Assembly: GCA_965200315.1 (NCBI GenBank)
Contig: OZ241362.1
Span: 3,552,001 to 3,616,000 of the forward strand
Origin: Candidatus Latescibacterota bacterium
GTDB lineage: Bacteria > Latescibacterota > UBA2968 > UBA8231
Reading direction: 5' to 3'
Length of the DNA stretch: 64,000 bases
Below the pieces are notes generated by a model. The model was given only the letters and a program-made list of their open reading frames with translations. It was not told the origin of the DNA and ran no database searches. This document shows positions 42,016 to 51,767 of the stretch, piece by piece. Every line of letters begins with the position of its first letter. The stretch's first letter is position 1. The translations under genes were made by a program, and so were the position numbers.

Positions 42016-42444
42016 TATAGCAATCCGACACGCCGGACGCGGCGCGCAGGAGCGCACCCGGTTCGGTCGAGCCCCCGGCGCAACCCCCCCGGGATCGAGG
42101 GCATCCTGCCCTCGAAATACGCCACACGCTTAGGCGACGCGACCGACCCGAAAAGCCGACCGACGGGCGCGGTAGAAGTGCTTCTGATGGCGGCTATAGC
42201 AAGCCTACCTGACTTGCGGTGCTTGCCGGGTTGTGCGCTCGTCGCCTTGGCCCCGCCGTGCTTGGTGGTCCATGCGTACGTCCTTGGGGGCCGGCCGCTG
42301 GCCGGCCAGCGGGCGAGACGCCCGCGCACCCCGCGATGCGACGTGTGGGGTGGGGCGATAAGGGGCGCAGGCTTGAGCCAGCGGGCGAGACGCCCGCGCA
42401 CCCCGCGATGCGACGTATCGTGCGAATGAGGTAGGATTGCTATA
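42016..42444 (+). mobile_element. tandem MITE-like elements B (42016-42198) and C (42195-42444)
   Basis: Shared TATA junction; C has inverted ends TATAGCAAGCCTACCT/AGGTAGGATTGCTATA and a perfect 40-bp direct repeat (42305-42344, 42377-42416) containing the GCGGGCGAGACGCCCGC palindrome. Confidence 0.75.
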
Positions 42445-42515
42445 TAAGGGCGGGCGGTTCAAAAGTGCATGTTCAGTCCCAACGACAACTTTCCACCTCA
42501 ACGTACTCAAAACTC

Positions 42516-43655
42516 GTGAAAATCACAGCCATCAAACTCTCGGTTTTTGAGCTTCCAGCCACTACCCCGCTCTTCGATCTAGAGCAAGTTCCCTACGGCC
42601 ATCGCACCCGCTGGCAGGCCGGCGGTCACCGCCGCGCCGAAGCCCCCATCCACGTGCTACACGTGCTGACTGACGAAGGCTTGGAGGGCATCTGCACGGT
42701 CGGCGACGCCCGCTACCAGACCATGCGCCGCGAGGAATTGGAGGCCCTGCGCATCATGGCCGTCGGCCAAGACCCACTCGACCGCGAGCGGCTCGACGAC
42801 AAGCTGCGTTGGGCTACCCGCTCGCTGTTTTCGCGCCCGGGCTGGCACGGGGCTTTCGACAATTGCCTGTGGGACATCGCCGGGCAAGCGGCCGACCTCC
42901 CAGTCTGCGTTCTAATTGGCCGGACTCGCCCGCGCTGCCGGGCCTATTACAACTTCCCTTCCGGCAGTCTCGACGCCGCTATAGAAGGAGCAGACCAAGC
43001 ACTCGCAGCAGGCTTTGTGGCGCTCAAGGACCATTGGTCTGGCCCCCCCGACACCAACATCGCGTGGTCGCGTGCCATCCGCGATCACGTCGGCTCGGAC
43101 ATCGATTTGTTGCACGACGCGGCCGGCAGCCCCTACACCCTGCGCGAAGCCCTGCGCGTTGGCCGTGCGCTGGAGGAACTCAACTACGGCTGGTTTGAAG
43201 AGGCCATATCCGACCGCGATCTCCAGGGATTGCAAATGCTGTGCGCCGAACTCGACATCCCCGTCATGGCCCTTGAGACCCTGATGCACGACTGCGAACT
43301 CTGCACCGCTTGGGTTCGCGCCGCGGCCACGGACCTCGTCCGCGCCAACGCCCGCCACGGCACCACAGCCACCCTCAAACTCGCGGCAATGGCCGCCGCC
43401 CATCGCACCACCATCGAACTCAACGGCCCGGGCGGCCTTTTTGGCCTAGTCCACGCCCACCTAGTCTGCGCCCTGCAAAACACCACGTACTACGAGTATT
43501 TCCCCGGCGGCAGCCGCGACGAAATTGGCCGCGAGATCGGCCTGCTCAATCCTCCACTGCCCGTCGATGGGTACATCGCGCCGCCGACCAGCCCAGGCTG
43601 GGGAGCCGAGTGGGATCGGGCCTATTTCGCCAAAAAGCGCGTGGCTGAATGGTAG
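42516..43655 (+). CDS. mandelate racemase/enolase superfamily enzyme
   Basis: D..LWD..G, KDH, LLHD, WFEE, PGWG.EWD. Confidence 0.85.
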   Translation: MKITAIKLSVFELPATTPLFDLEQVPYGHRTRWQAGGHRRAEAPIHVLHVLTDEGLEGICTVGDARYQTMRREELEALRIMAVGQDPLDRERLDDKLRWATRSLFSRPGWHGAFDNCLWDIAGQAADLPVCVLIGRTRPRCRAYYNFPSGSLDAAIEGADQALAAGFVALKDHWSGPPDTNIAWSRAIRDHVGSDIDLLHDAAGSPYTLREALRVGRALEELNYGWFEEAISDRDLQGLQMLCAELDIPVMALETLMHDCELCTAWVRAAATDLVRANARHGTTATLKLAAMAAAHRTTIELNGPGGLFGLVHAHLVCALQNTTYYEYFPGGSRDEIGREIGLLNPPLPVDGYIAPPTSPGWGAEWDRAYFAKKRVAEW

Positions 43656-43664
43656 GACCGCGCT

Positions 43665-44072
43665 TTACCCAACTTCGGCGATGGTTTCGTCCTGCACCCC
43701 GTGCCGACGCAAACTCTCGATGAAGGACGCTAACCAAGCGCACCAAATCTCGCCGCAGCCGTTTCTTCAAGTCCCTGGTCTTCATAGGATCGTCTCTCTA
43801 CTCAAGCGGTGGAAGGGCCGAAATGATGCGAAAAATATCGCCTTGGCGTTCGGTATAAACGACATAGAGAACATTCCATTCAAGAGTCATGCCGATAAGG
43901 GTTTCTCGATGCTCACCAGCACTTTGCTCTTCACCTACGCGATAGACAAACGGATCAAAGAACACTTCGCAGGCCGTTTCAAAAGAGACCTGATGCTTTT
44001 TTAGGTTAGCCGCGGCTTTGGCTGCGTCCCACTCTCAAACAGGACGCCATGCAGAGCATAGCGAATATCCAT
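43665..44072 (-). pseudogene. BrnT toxin (frameshifted) plus internally deleted antitoxin
   Basis: MDIRYALHGVLFE, frameshift, then WDAAKAAANLKKHQVSFETACEVFFDP...LYVVYTER...RIISA; then MKTRDLKKRL joined to FIESLRRHGV; the toxin is not in the ORF track. Confidence 0.75.
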
Positions 44073-44224
44073 AGAACTAAGATTGTATATACAACGTCAA
44101 TACACGTGCGATAGGATAATTCCATCGCCAGCAGTGGGTCGAGCGAGCCTCATCCCGCTTGAAGCACATGACCGCATTCGCTAAGTTACGGGATAAAGTA
44201 GCATCACTCAGGAAGTAACCCACC

Positions 44225-44935
44225 GTGAACCTCAACGCCGCCCAAGTCCAATCCTACCGCGCCCAAGGCTACCTCGTCGTGCCGGAGGTATTCGCGCCCG
44301 CACAAGCCGAGGCCATGATCGGCCACTACATGAAACTCCGCGCCCAAGGCCCTCATCCGGGCGACAGCGGCGGAACCGACGACCAGCCCGACGACCCCAA
44401 CCACGCCTATCCGCGCATGATCAACATGCACGACTGGGATCCCGCCAGCGCCACTTGGGCAACCCGTTCCGATCTGCTCGCCGCGGTTGAACAGCTCATC
44501 GGCGACGAGCCGGTCCTGCGCCAGACCATGCTCTACTTCAAGCCGCCCGGCGGCCGCGGCCAAGGCCTGCACCAAGACGAACAGTACATCACCACCGACC
44601 CCCTAATCGGCCTGTGGATCGCCCTCGACCCGTCCGACGCTGCCGTGGGCCAGATGGTCGTCGTTCCCGGCTCACACGATCAGCTCCAGCCCGTTGAAAA
44701 GGCCGACACCCGCGTCTCTTTCACCCGTGCTCAGAGCCAGCTACCGCCCGGAGCCGCAATCGTCGCCCTCGACATGGCTCCGGGCGACGGCCTCTTCTTC
44801 GACGGCAAAACCATCCACGGCTCCTATCCCAACCAGACCACCGACCGCTGGCGGCGCAGTTTTATCTGCCACTATATCGGCAAACGCGCCGAACACTTCG
44901 AGCCGCCCCAAGGCTTTCACGTGGGGCACGTGTGA
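44225..44935 (+). CDS. phytanoyl-CoA dioxygenase (PhyH) family protein
   Basis: KPPG, HQD, W.ALD, VVPGSH, HGS..N. Confidence 0.9.
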   Translation: MNLNAAQVQSYRAQGYLVVPEVFAPAQAEAMIGHYMKLRAQGPHPGDSGGTDDQPDDPNHAYPRMINMHDWDPASATWATRSDLLAAVEQLIGDEPVLRQTMLYFKPPGGRGQGLHQDEQYITTDPLIGLWIALDPSDAAVGQMVVVPGSHDQLQPVEKADTRVSFTRAQSQLPPGAAIVALDMAPGDGLFFDGKTIHGSYPNQTTDRWRRSFICHYIGKRAEHFEPPQGFHVGHV

Positions 44936-44944
44936 GACAACGCC

Positions 44945-45757
44945 GTGGCCTTTGCTTTTTCCGACCACCACATCGATGAGTACCGCACTCAGGGCTATAC
45001 AGTCTTTCGCCAAATCCTGCCTCCTTCCCTCGTCGCCGATCTACGCCGCGTATGCGACGAGGCGCGAGGCTTGGCCCGCCAACAGCGTGGCCCCCAAGCC
45101 CAGCGCTTGCAGCCGATGGCCGACTTCCCGCTCGATCAACAGCCTTTTATCGACTACGCCGAACTCCCCGCGCTCAACGACGCACTCCACTGCTTGCTCT
45201 CGCCGGATTTTCGCGTCGGCCGGCCGCAGGTCATGGGCGTGCTCTTTGAACCAGCCGAGTCGCCGTGGTGTACCCACTGGCACCGCGACTGGCGCGACAA
45301 TATGCCCGGCTTGGAGCTGGCGCGCTGGGACCAACACTTTGCCGACGACCGCTACTTCAACCAAGTCAACTGCGCCCTGTACGCCGATTCATGCACGTGG
45401 GTCGTCCCCGGCAGTCATCTGCGCCGCGACCTGCCGGGCGAAGCAGCACGCTTCCCCGAGCGGCCCATTGCCACGCCCGATCTCGTAGGACAATCCGCTA
45501 CCGAGCGCGAGTCTAGCTGCCGCGAATACGCCCAGAGTATGCCCGGTGCCCGGCAGCTCTTCCTCGACGCCGGCGACTTCTGCCTCTATCGCAACACCCT
45601 ATGGCACATCGGCAACTACGTGCCCTACGCCAAGAGGGCGACCCTGCACGACTCCGTAGATACCGATGAGTTTGCAGCGTGGCGCGACGAAACCTTGGGC
45701 ATAGTCCAAGAGCGGCGGGCGGCGGGACACGGCATGGAGAATCCCAATCATGGCTAA
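44945..45757 (+). CDS. phytanoyl-CoA dioxygenase (PhyH) family protein
   Basis: WHRD, VVPGSH, WH.G.Y. Confidence 0.85.
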   Translation: MAFAFSDHHIDEYRTQGYTVFRQILPPSLVADLRRVCDEARGLARQQRGPQAQRLQPMADFPLDQQPFIDYAELPALNDALHCLLSPDFRVGRPQVMGVLFEPAESPWCTHWHRDWRDNMPGLELARWDQHFADDRYFNQVNCALYADSCTWVVPGSHLRRDLPGEAARFPERPIATPDLVGQSATERESSCREYAQSMPGARQLFLDAGDFCLYRNTLWHIGNYVPYAKRATLHDSVDTDEFAAWRDETLGIVQERRAAGHGMENPNHG

Positions 45758-46073
45758 AAACAGCCGCCTCGTGTATTCTTCTGATCTTGGCCGCGTACAG
45801 CAGCCGAAAAAGCAAGCTGCCGTCCCCACTGGCGACGGCATTGCCCGCGTGCGCCGCGAAAAGAAGGGCCGTGGCGGCAAAACCGTCACCACGGTGTCGG
45901 GCTTGCGGCTATCCGCAGCCGAACTGAAAACCCTCGCCTCTGAACTCAAGCGCAAATGCGGCAGCGGCGGATCGGTCGTCGATCGGGTAATAGAAATTCA
46001 AGGGGACAAAGTGGATGTCGTGCTCGCCGAACTGGCCAAGCGCGGCTATCAGGCCAAGCGGGCTGGCGGCTGA
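45750..46073 (+). CDS. yciH: SUI1/YciH translation initiation factor
   Basis: RLVYSSD, KGRGGK.VT, LK..CG.GG, IEIQGD. Confidence 0.92.
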   Translation: MAKNSRLVYSSDLGRVQQPKKQAAVPTGDGIARVRREKKGRGGKTVTTVSGLRLSAAELKTLASELKRKCGSGGSVVDRVIEIQGDKVDVVLAELAKRGYQAKRAGG

Positions 46074-46673
46074 TCACTCCAGCTCAAATACAAATGGCAG
46101 GTTGACCCACACCGGAACAGCACGATCGTTCTGCACGGCCGGCGAAAACTCCCAAGTCTTGGCGGCCTGCGCCACCGTGCGCTGGAAGGCCTGCGGCCCC
46201 TCGATGCGGTCGATGTGCTCGACCCGCCCCGTGCGACCCACCAACACCCGCGCAAAGACCTTGCCCTCCACCAGTGCCTTCCGCGCACTGTCGGGATAGG
46301 CCGGCAGAATCCTCTTAAGCACTTTCGGCGGCTGTTCCACCATCCACAATTCCGCGGCCTCTATTTCCGCTTCTAAAGGGAACTCGGTCACCACTACGGG
46401 CAGCGGCAATTTCTGCTCGCGCACGGGCGGCGCGTACGCCACCGGCTCGATGCGCCGGACCGGTGGCGGCAAGGGCAGCCGCATCTCGGTCTCAGGAACC
46501 AGTTCCAGTTCGATAGTCACAGGCTGCTGCACGAGCCTTCTCGCATCGAACGCAATCTGCGGGTCAATCGCCACCACCGCGGCGAGCAACAAGACCACAA
46601 ACCCCACCGAAGCCCACAGGTCCCGCTCATAGGTTCGCTTGAGATCTGCATCTTTGCTCTTCAGCCGGATCAC
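46074..46673 (-). CDS. TonB family energy transducer
   Basis: TM, Pro-rich linker, YP..AR...VEGKV, W.F.PA. Confidence 0.85.
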   Translation of the reverse strand: MIRLKSKDADLKRTYERDLWASVGFVVLLLAAVVAIDPQIAFDARRLVQQPVTIELELVPETEMRLPLPPPVRRIEPVAYAPPVREQKLPLPVVVTEFPLEAEIEAAELWMVEQPPKVLKRILPAYPDSARKALVEGKVFARVLVGRTGRVEHIDRIEGPQAFQRTVAQAAKTWEFSPAVQNDRAVPVWVNLPFVFELE

Positions 46674-46686
46674 GCTGGCCTCGGTA

Positions 46687-47964
46687 TCAATTAGAGGGCG
46701 GAATTTGCTTGCCTTGCGGGTCCTGCTCGTCGCTGATTTGCGCCCCTAACTCGGCTGCCAACTCGCCGCCGATAAAGTGCTCAATCGCGTCGGCAGGGTC
46801 GTGTACGTGATCTGCGGGCAGGCCCAGATGGCTCATATAGGTCTCCCAAAGCCGGTGATAGCGCAACAGGCGTAGCGCGGCTTGTTGGCCCTTGGCAGAC
46901 AAGCCGACCACGCCATTGGCCTGCACCAGCAGTTGCCGCCGCCGCAGACGGCCAAACGCCAGCTGCGCCAGCGGACTCCAAACGGCCGCGGTCGCTACCA
47001 AATCGGCGGGCCGCAGCCCAGCCCGCTCGACCTCCTGCTCTTTGCGCCGCACCAATGCCAGCAGCATGTGATCCTGCGCCACTTGCAGCGACAGCCGCAC
47101 GCGCTGAAAAATTCGCGCCAGTACGCCTTGATTAGGCGAAAAAAGCAGGGAAAAAAGAAATATCCCACCAATGACCACCACCATAGCACCGGCGATGGAG
47201 CTATTCCAGAAGCTGGCCAAAAAGTAACCCGCCACGGCCGAGACGATCCCAAAGAACACGGCTAATCCCAGCACCGCGATGAGCCGATCGCTCCACAAGT
47301 ACGCGGCTGCCCCGGGCACAATCAGCATGGCTACGACCAAGATCGCGCCCACGGACTCAAACGACGCCACTGTCGTCAATGCGACCAAACCCATCAAGAG
47401 ATAGTGCATCAGCGTGGCGTTGATCCCCACCGATATGGCGAGGGCCGGATCAAACGCGGAAATTTTGAATTCCTTGTACAAGAGCGCGATCACCGTCAGA
47501 TTAATCACCAGCATCGCGCCCAATATCCACACCGGCCGCGGCCCCAGCGATTGGTCGCCCCACAGCAGCAGATCCCAAGGGGTATAGGCGATTTCGCCAT
47601 AGAGCACGCACTCCTGATCGAGATCTACTTGACCGGCGTACGCAGTAATGATCACCACACCCAGCGCGAAAAGGGCGGTAAACACAATGCCGATGGCCGC
47701 GTCTTCTTGTACGCGCCACCGCCGGTGAAATGCCTCTACCAACAGCGCGGTCACCAAGCCGAAGACGGCCGCGCCCAAAAACATCGGCAGCACCGCACGG
47801 CTGCTCGACAGCAGAAAGGCCACGGCGATCCCCGGCAGCACGGCGTGGCTCAAAGCGTCGCCCAACAGCGACATCTTGCGCAGCACCAAGAAGGTGCCCA
47901 ACAGGGCGCAGGACGCGGTGACCAACACGCCGGTGAGTACGATCCAAAAAGCACCTTCGATCAT
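46687..47964 (-). CDS. TroD-type Mn/Zn/Fe ABC permease with C-terminal DtxR-like domain
   Basis: DALSHAVLPG, FESVGAILV; C-terminal HRLWETY...HVHDPADAIEHF. Confidence 0.88.
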   Translation of the reverse strand: MIEGAFWIVLTGVLVTASCALLGTFLVLRKMSLLGDALSHAVLPGIAVAFLLSSSRAVLPMFLGAAVFGLVTALLVEAFHRRWRVQEDAAIGIVFTALFALGVVIITAYAGQVDLDQECVLYGEIAYTPWDLLLWGDQSLGPRPVWILGAMLVINLTVIALLYKEFKISAFDPALAISVGINATLMHYLLMGLVALTTVASFESVGAILVVAMLIVPGAAAYLWSDRLIAVLGLAVFFGIVSAVAGYFLASFWNSSIAGAMVVVIGGIFLFSLLFSPNQGVLARIFQRVRLSLQVAQDHMLLALVRRKEQEVERAGLRPADLVATAAVWSPLAQLAFGRLRRRQLLVQANGVVGLSAKGQQAALRLLRYHRLWETYMSHLGLPADHVHDPADAIEHFIGGELAAELGAQISDEQDPQGKQIPPSN

Positions 47965-49289
47965 TCGCGGCCTCCCCGGCGGTAGTGGCTGCCGGTGCCG
48001 TGGATATTGACGATCCGGGCCGGGTCCAGCCCTTGCTCGCGCTGGAGGATGTCCTCTAGCTCGGCGATGATTTCCGGCGTCAGCAAGTGCTCTACTTCGT
48101 CGGCGGGCCGATCCACGTGATCGGCGTCGAGAATGGCTCGATAGTACAAATAGTGCTCCCACAAGCGGTGCGATTTAACCACGAAAAGCCCTTCCTCTGC
48201 GCCTAGGGACGTCAGGGCGAAACGCCCGTCCTGACTGGAGACGAGTCCCTTTTCGGCCAGCCGCCGCCCGAGGCGTTTGACCCGATCCGGCGACAAGCCC
48301 ATCTCAATGGCCAGCTCCTCCACGGTCAAGGGGCGCTCCGCCTCCAGCTTCTCTTGTAGCTCGACGCAGGCGCGCAAAAAGTGCTGCTGGCTCTCGCGGT
48401 GGATGTTGTGCCGCTGCCTGCGCCACCGCGCCAACACCCCTCGCTGGGGTGCAAAAAGCGCCGACACCACAAAGCACAAGGTGGCGATGAGCACCATCAC
48501 CGGGCCAGTGGGAATCCGCGGCACCAAGGAACTGATGAAGGTGCCGACGACCCCAGACAAGCCCCCGAAAAAAGCGGCGAGTAGCACCATCTTGTGCAGG
48601 TGCTCGGTCCAAAAGCGCGCCGCCACAGCCGGCGTGATGAGCATGGCCGCAATCAGCACCACGCCTACGGCCTGCAAGCCCACGATCACGGTCAGCGCGA
48701 TCAGCCCCATCAACAAGGCGTCGATCCAGCGGGCCGAGTAGCCGAGCGTCTGCAAAAAGTCCGCATCGAAAATCAGGGCCTTGAATTCCTTAAAAAACAG
48801 GGCCACCGCGAGGATGATAAGGCCCGCCAGCACGCTCATGACGCGCAGGTCGTCATCCACCAGCGAGGCCGCCTGGCCAAAGAGGAACTTGTCCAAACCG
48901 CTCTGATTGCCCGTGCCGACCCGCTGGACGTGGGTCAACAGCACGATCCCCACGCCAAAAAATACCGACAGGACAATGCCGATGGCCGAATCCGCTTTGA
49001 CGCGGGTAAAGCTGATGATGAACTGCATCACCAATACGCCGAGCACCCCGGAAATCGCCGCGCCTGTCAGCAGCACCGGCAGGGCCTTGCTCCCAGTCCA
49101 CAAATAAGCCAACGCCACCCCGGGCAGGGCCGCGTGCGCCAGCGCGTCGCCGACGAGGCTCCGCCGCCGCAACACCGCAAACGACCCCAGCAACCCGCCG
49201 GTCGCGCCGATCAGCAGGGAGCCTAAGAGCACAAAGCGCACGTTGGCGTCGGCCAAGCTCAAGAAGCGCAGGGCGTTTTCGGCTAGCAT
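47961..49289 (-). CDS. TroC-type Mn/Zn/Fe ABC permease with C-terminal DtxR-like domain
   Basis: DALAHAALPG, GLQAVGV; wHTH then SHRLWEHYL...HVDRPADEVEH. Confidence 0.88.
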   Translation of the reverse strand: MLAENALRFLSLADANVRFVLLGSLLIGATGGLLGSFAVLRRRSLVGDALAHAALPGVALAYLWTGSKALPVLLTGAAISGVLGVLVMQFIISFTRVKADSAIGIVLSVFFGVGIVLLTHVQRVGTGNQSGLDKFLFGQAASLVDDDLRVMSVLAGLIILAVALFFKEFKALIFDADFLQTLGYSARWIDALLMGLIALTVIVGLQAVGVVLIAAMLITPAVAARFWTEHLHKMVLLAAFFGGLSGVVGTFISSLVPRIPTGPVMVLIATLCFVVSALFAPQRGVLARWRRQRHNIHRESQQHFLRACVELQEKLEAERPLTVEELAIEMGLSPDRVKRLGRRLAEKGLVSSQDGRFALTSLGAEEGLFVVKSHRLWEHYLYYRAILDADHVDRPADEVEHLLTPEIIAELEDILQREQGLDPARIVNIHGTGSHYRRGGRE

Positions 49290-49291
49290 CG

Positions 49292-50062
49292 TCAGCCCTC
49301 GCGCCGCTGCTCGGCCATGGCTTGGGCGGCCTGCGAGAGCACGGTCAGCCGGCCCCCGTAGGTCTTTTGTAGGTTGCCGTCGGTAAAGACCTCGCGGGTT
49401 GGGCCAGACGCCACGACCCGCATGTTGAGCATGATGACCCAATCGAAATATTCGGTTACGGTCTGCAAATCGTGATGCACGACCAAGATGGTTTTGCCCT
49501 GCTGGCGCAGGGCTACCAAGCTGTCGATAATTGCGCGCTCGGTCGCCGCATCCACGCCGGCAAACGGCTCGTCCATGATGTAGATGCGGGCCTCTTGGGC
49601 CAAGGCGCGAGCGAGAAAGACCCGCTGCTGCTGGCCGCCCGATAGCTGGCTGATCTGCCGCTCAGCAAAGGGGGTCATGCCCACTTCGTCGAGGGCCGCC
49701 CAAGCCAAGCGGCGATCTTCCTTGCTCGGCCGCCGCATCCATCCCACATGGCCGTAGCGGCCCATCAGCACCACGTCGAGCGCACTGACTGGGAAGTCCC
49801 AATCCACGGATTCGCGTTGCGGCACATAGCCGATGATCTTGCGCATCTGGCGGTAGTCCTCTCCGTAGATCTTGACCCATCCCGACGCCTTGGGCACGAG
49901 GTCCATAATGGCCTTAATCATGGTGCTTTTGCCCGAGCCGTTGGGACCGATGATGCCCACGAGCTGTCCTTCGGGCACATCTAGGTCCACGTCCCACAGC
50001 ACCGGCTTCTTGTGGTAGGCAATGGTCATATCGTGGATCTGGATGGGATGGGGGGCACTCAC
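49292..50062 (-). CDS. metal ABC transporter ATPase (TroB/MntB type)
   Basis: GPNGSGKS, YVPQR..VDWDFP, LSGGQQQR, VHHDL. Confidence 0.92.
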   Translation of the reverse strand: MSAPHPIQIHDMTIAYHKKPVLWDVDLDVPEGQLVGIIGPNGSGKSTMIKAIMDLVPKASGWVKIYGEDYRQMRKIIGYVPQRESVDWDFPVSALDVVLMGRYGHVGWMRRPSKEDRRLAWAALDEVGMTPFAERQISQLSGGQQQRVFLARALAQEARIYIMDEPFAGVDAATERAIIDSLVALRQQGKTILVVHHDLQTVTEYFDWVIMLNMRVVASGPTREVFTDGNLQKTYGGRLTVLSQAAQAMAEQRREG

Positions 50063-50973
50063 CGCAAGGCTCCCACAATGGTGTTGACATTGCTTTCGAC
50101 CATGCCCACATAGGTGTCGGCCCCGCTACCAGCGGCCCCCATCGCATCCGAGTATAGAGTGCCGCCTATTTCCACTTGGAAGCCGCGGTCTAAGCACCCT
50201 TCGCGCACGGCCTCAATTGAGCGCACGGGTACGCTGCTCTCGACGAAGATGGCCTTGACCTGGCGCTCCACGATCAGATCGACTAGCTGGGTGACGTCGT
50301 TGACCCCGTAGTCGGCCACCGTGGAAATGCCTTGCAGGCCGACGACCTCCACTCCGTAGGCCCGGCCAAAATAGCCAAAGGCGTCGTGGGCCGTAATCAG
50401 CACGCGGCTGGCCTCCGGCAGCAGCTCGACCTGCTCGACGACCCATTGGTTCAGCGCGTCGAGGCGCTCCCGGTAGCGCGTACCGTTCTGGCGATAGACC
50501 GACGCCCCGTCCGGGTCTAGCGCGCTCAGACGAGCCACGACCGGCTCAATCGCCTGCGCCCACAGCGATACATCGAACCATATATGGGGATCGAAGTTGC
50601 CCTCGAATTCCGGGGGGCGCAGCAAGCGCTCTTCTGGTATTTGCGCGGCCACGGCCAACACCTGCTTGCTGCGGGCCATTTTGGCGAAGATGTCTTCCAT
50701 CTTGCCTTCGAGAAAAAGGCCGTTGAAGAGAATCAGATCCGCAGCCGTCAGCTTGGCCAAATCGCCTTGCGATGCCTTGTAGTAATGAGGATCAACGCCC
50801 GGCCCCATCATCCCGACCACCGCGATGCGATCGCCGCCGATATTCCGGGCGAGGTCGGCCACCATCCCGGTGGTACACACCACCTCGATCCGCCCGTCTT
50901 TGCGTTCGGGAGCATCGCAACCGAGCGCATACAACAAAATGAAAATCCAGAGCATGTTCCTTGGCTTATCCAA
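50059..50973 (-). CDS. metal ABC transporter substrate-binding lipoprotein (TroA type)
   Basis: Lipobox ALGC, DPHYY, DPHIWFD, HDAFGYF, LYSD. Confidence 0.92.
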   Translation of the reverse strand: MDKPRNMLWIFILLYALGCDAPERKDGRIEVVCTTGMVADLARNIGGDRIAVVGMMGPGVDPHYYKASQGDLAKLTAADLILFNGLFLEGKMEDIFAKMARSKQVLAVAAQIPEERLLRPPEFEGNFDPHIWFDVSLWAQAIEPVVARLSALDPDGASVYRQNGTRYRERLDALNQWVVEQVELLPEASRVLITAHDAFGYFGRAYGVEVVGLQGISTVADYGVNDVTQLVDLIVERQVKAIFVESSVPVRSIEAVREGCLDRGFQVEIGGTLYSDAMGAAGSGADTYVGMVESNVNTIVGALR

Positions 50974-51016
50974 TTTTAGTTAAAATTCAAACTAAAAATT
51001 TAGTTATGGCTAAAAA
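50974..51016. promoter_or_regulatory. probable DtxR/MntR operator(s)
   Basis: AT-rich palindromes TTTTAGTT...AACTAAAA and TTTAGTTATGGCTAAA between divergent troA and mntR. Confidence 0.6.
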
Positions 51017-51095
51017 TATGTCAAGGTCATTGCTAAATCTGCTTTTGGCCCTATCTTAAAGAGCGAGGCAAGGCCCATAATTTTGGAGGTAAGGG

Positions 51096-51767
51096 GTGCT
51101 AACGCAGGCTATTGAGGATTATCTCAAGGCGATTTACAAATTGCAGCACAGCGACGAGCACGGCGGGCGCGTCACCACCTCGGTGATTGCCAGCCGCATG
51201 GAAGTGGCCGCAGCCTCGGCGACGAACATGATCAAGAAGCTCGCCGAGCTGAATCTGCTCATGTACGCGCCATACCACGGAGTCGAGCTAACGGCCAGCG
51301 GTGAGAAGATCGCCTTGGAGACCATCCGCCATCACCGCTTGATCGAGCTGTATCTCAGCCAAGCGTTGGGCTATTCTTGGGATCAGATAGATGCCGAGGC
51401 CGACCGCCTAGAGCACGCTATTTCCGAAGAGTTTGAAGACCGCATCGACGAGGCCCTAGGCTATCCGACCGTCGGTGCCCACGGCGAGCCGATCCCCACC
51501 AAGCAAGGTCAGATCGACCACCCGAATTACCGCCGTCTCTCCGAGCTAAAAGACGGCCAATCCGCCATCATCCGCCGCGTCAGCGACCGCAATCCCCAGA
51601 TGCTGCGCTATATGGAAAATTTGCAATTGCTCTTGGGCACCTGGGTCGAAGTTACCGCCAAGGCGCCCTTTAACGGCCCGCTGCAATTGAAGATCGGTGC
51701 TGCCAAAGAGAAAGAAGTGTCGCTGGGGTTGGAAGTGGCCGGTAGTATCTTCGTCGAAGCCGATTAG
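51096..51767 (+). CDS. mntR: DtxR/MntR metal-dependent repressor with FeoA domain
   Basis: EDYLKAIY, RHHRLIE, EADRLEH, HGEPIP; GGAGG SD. Confidence 0.9.
   Translation: MLTQAIEDYLKAIYKLQHSDEHGGRVTTSVIASRMEVAAASATNMIKKLAELNLLMYAPYHGVELTASGEKIALETIRHHRLIELYLSQALGYSWDQIDAEADRLEHAISEEFEDRIDEALGYPTVGAHGEPIPTKQGQIDHPNYRRLSELKDGQSAIIRRVSDRNPQMLRYMENLQLLLGTWVEVTAKAPFNGPLQLKIGAAKEKEVSLGLEVAGSIFVEAD

Noticed and set aside
42305-42416. Two 40-bp repeats with a 32-bp spacer as a mini CRISPR array
   Set aside because: Only two units, GC-rich REP-like palindrome inside a MITE-like element, no cas genes
43525-44004. 159-aa plus-strand ORF
   Set aside because: Antisense shadow of the BrnT/antitoxin pseudogene
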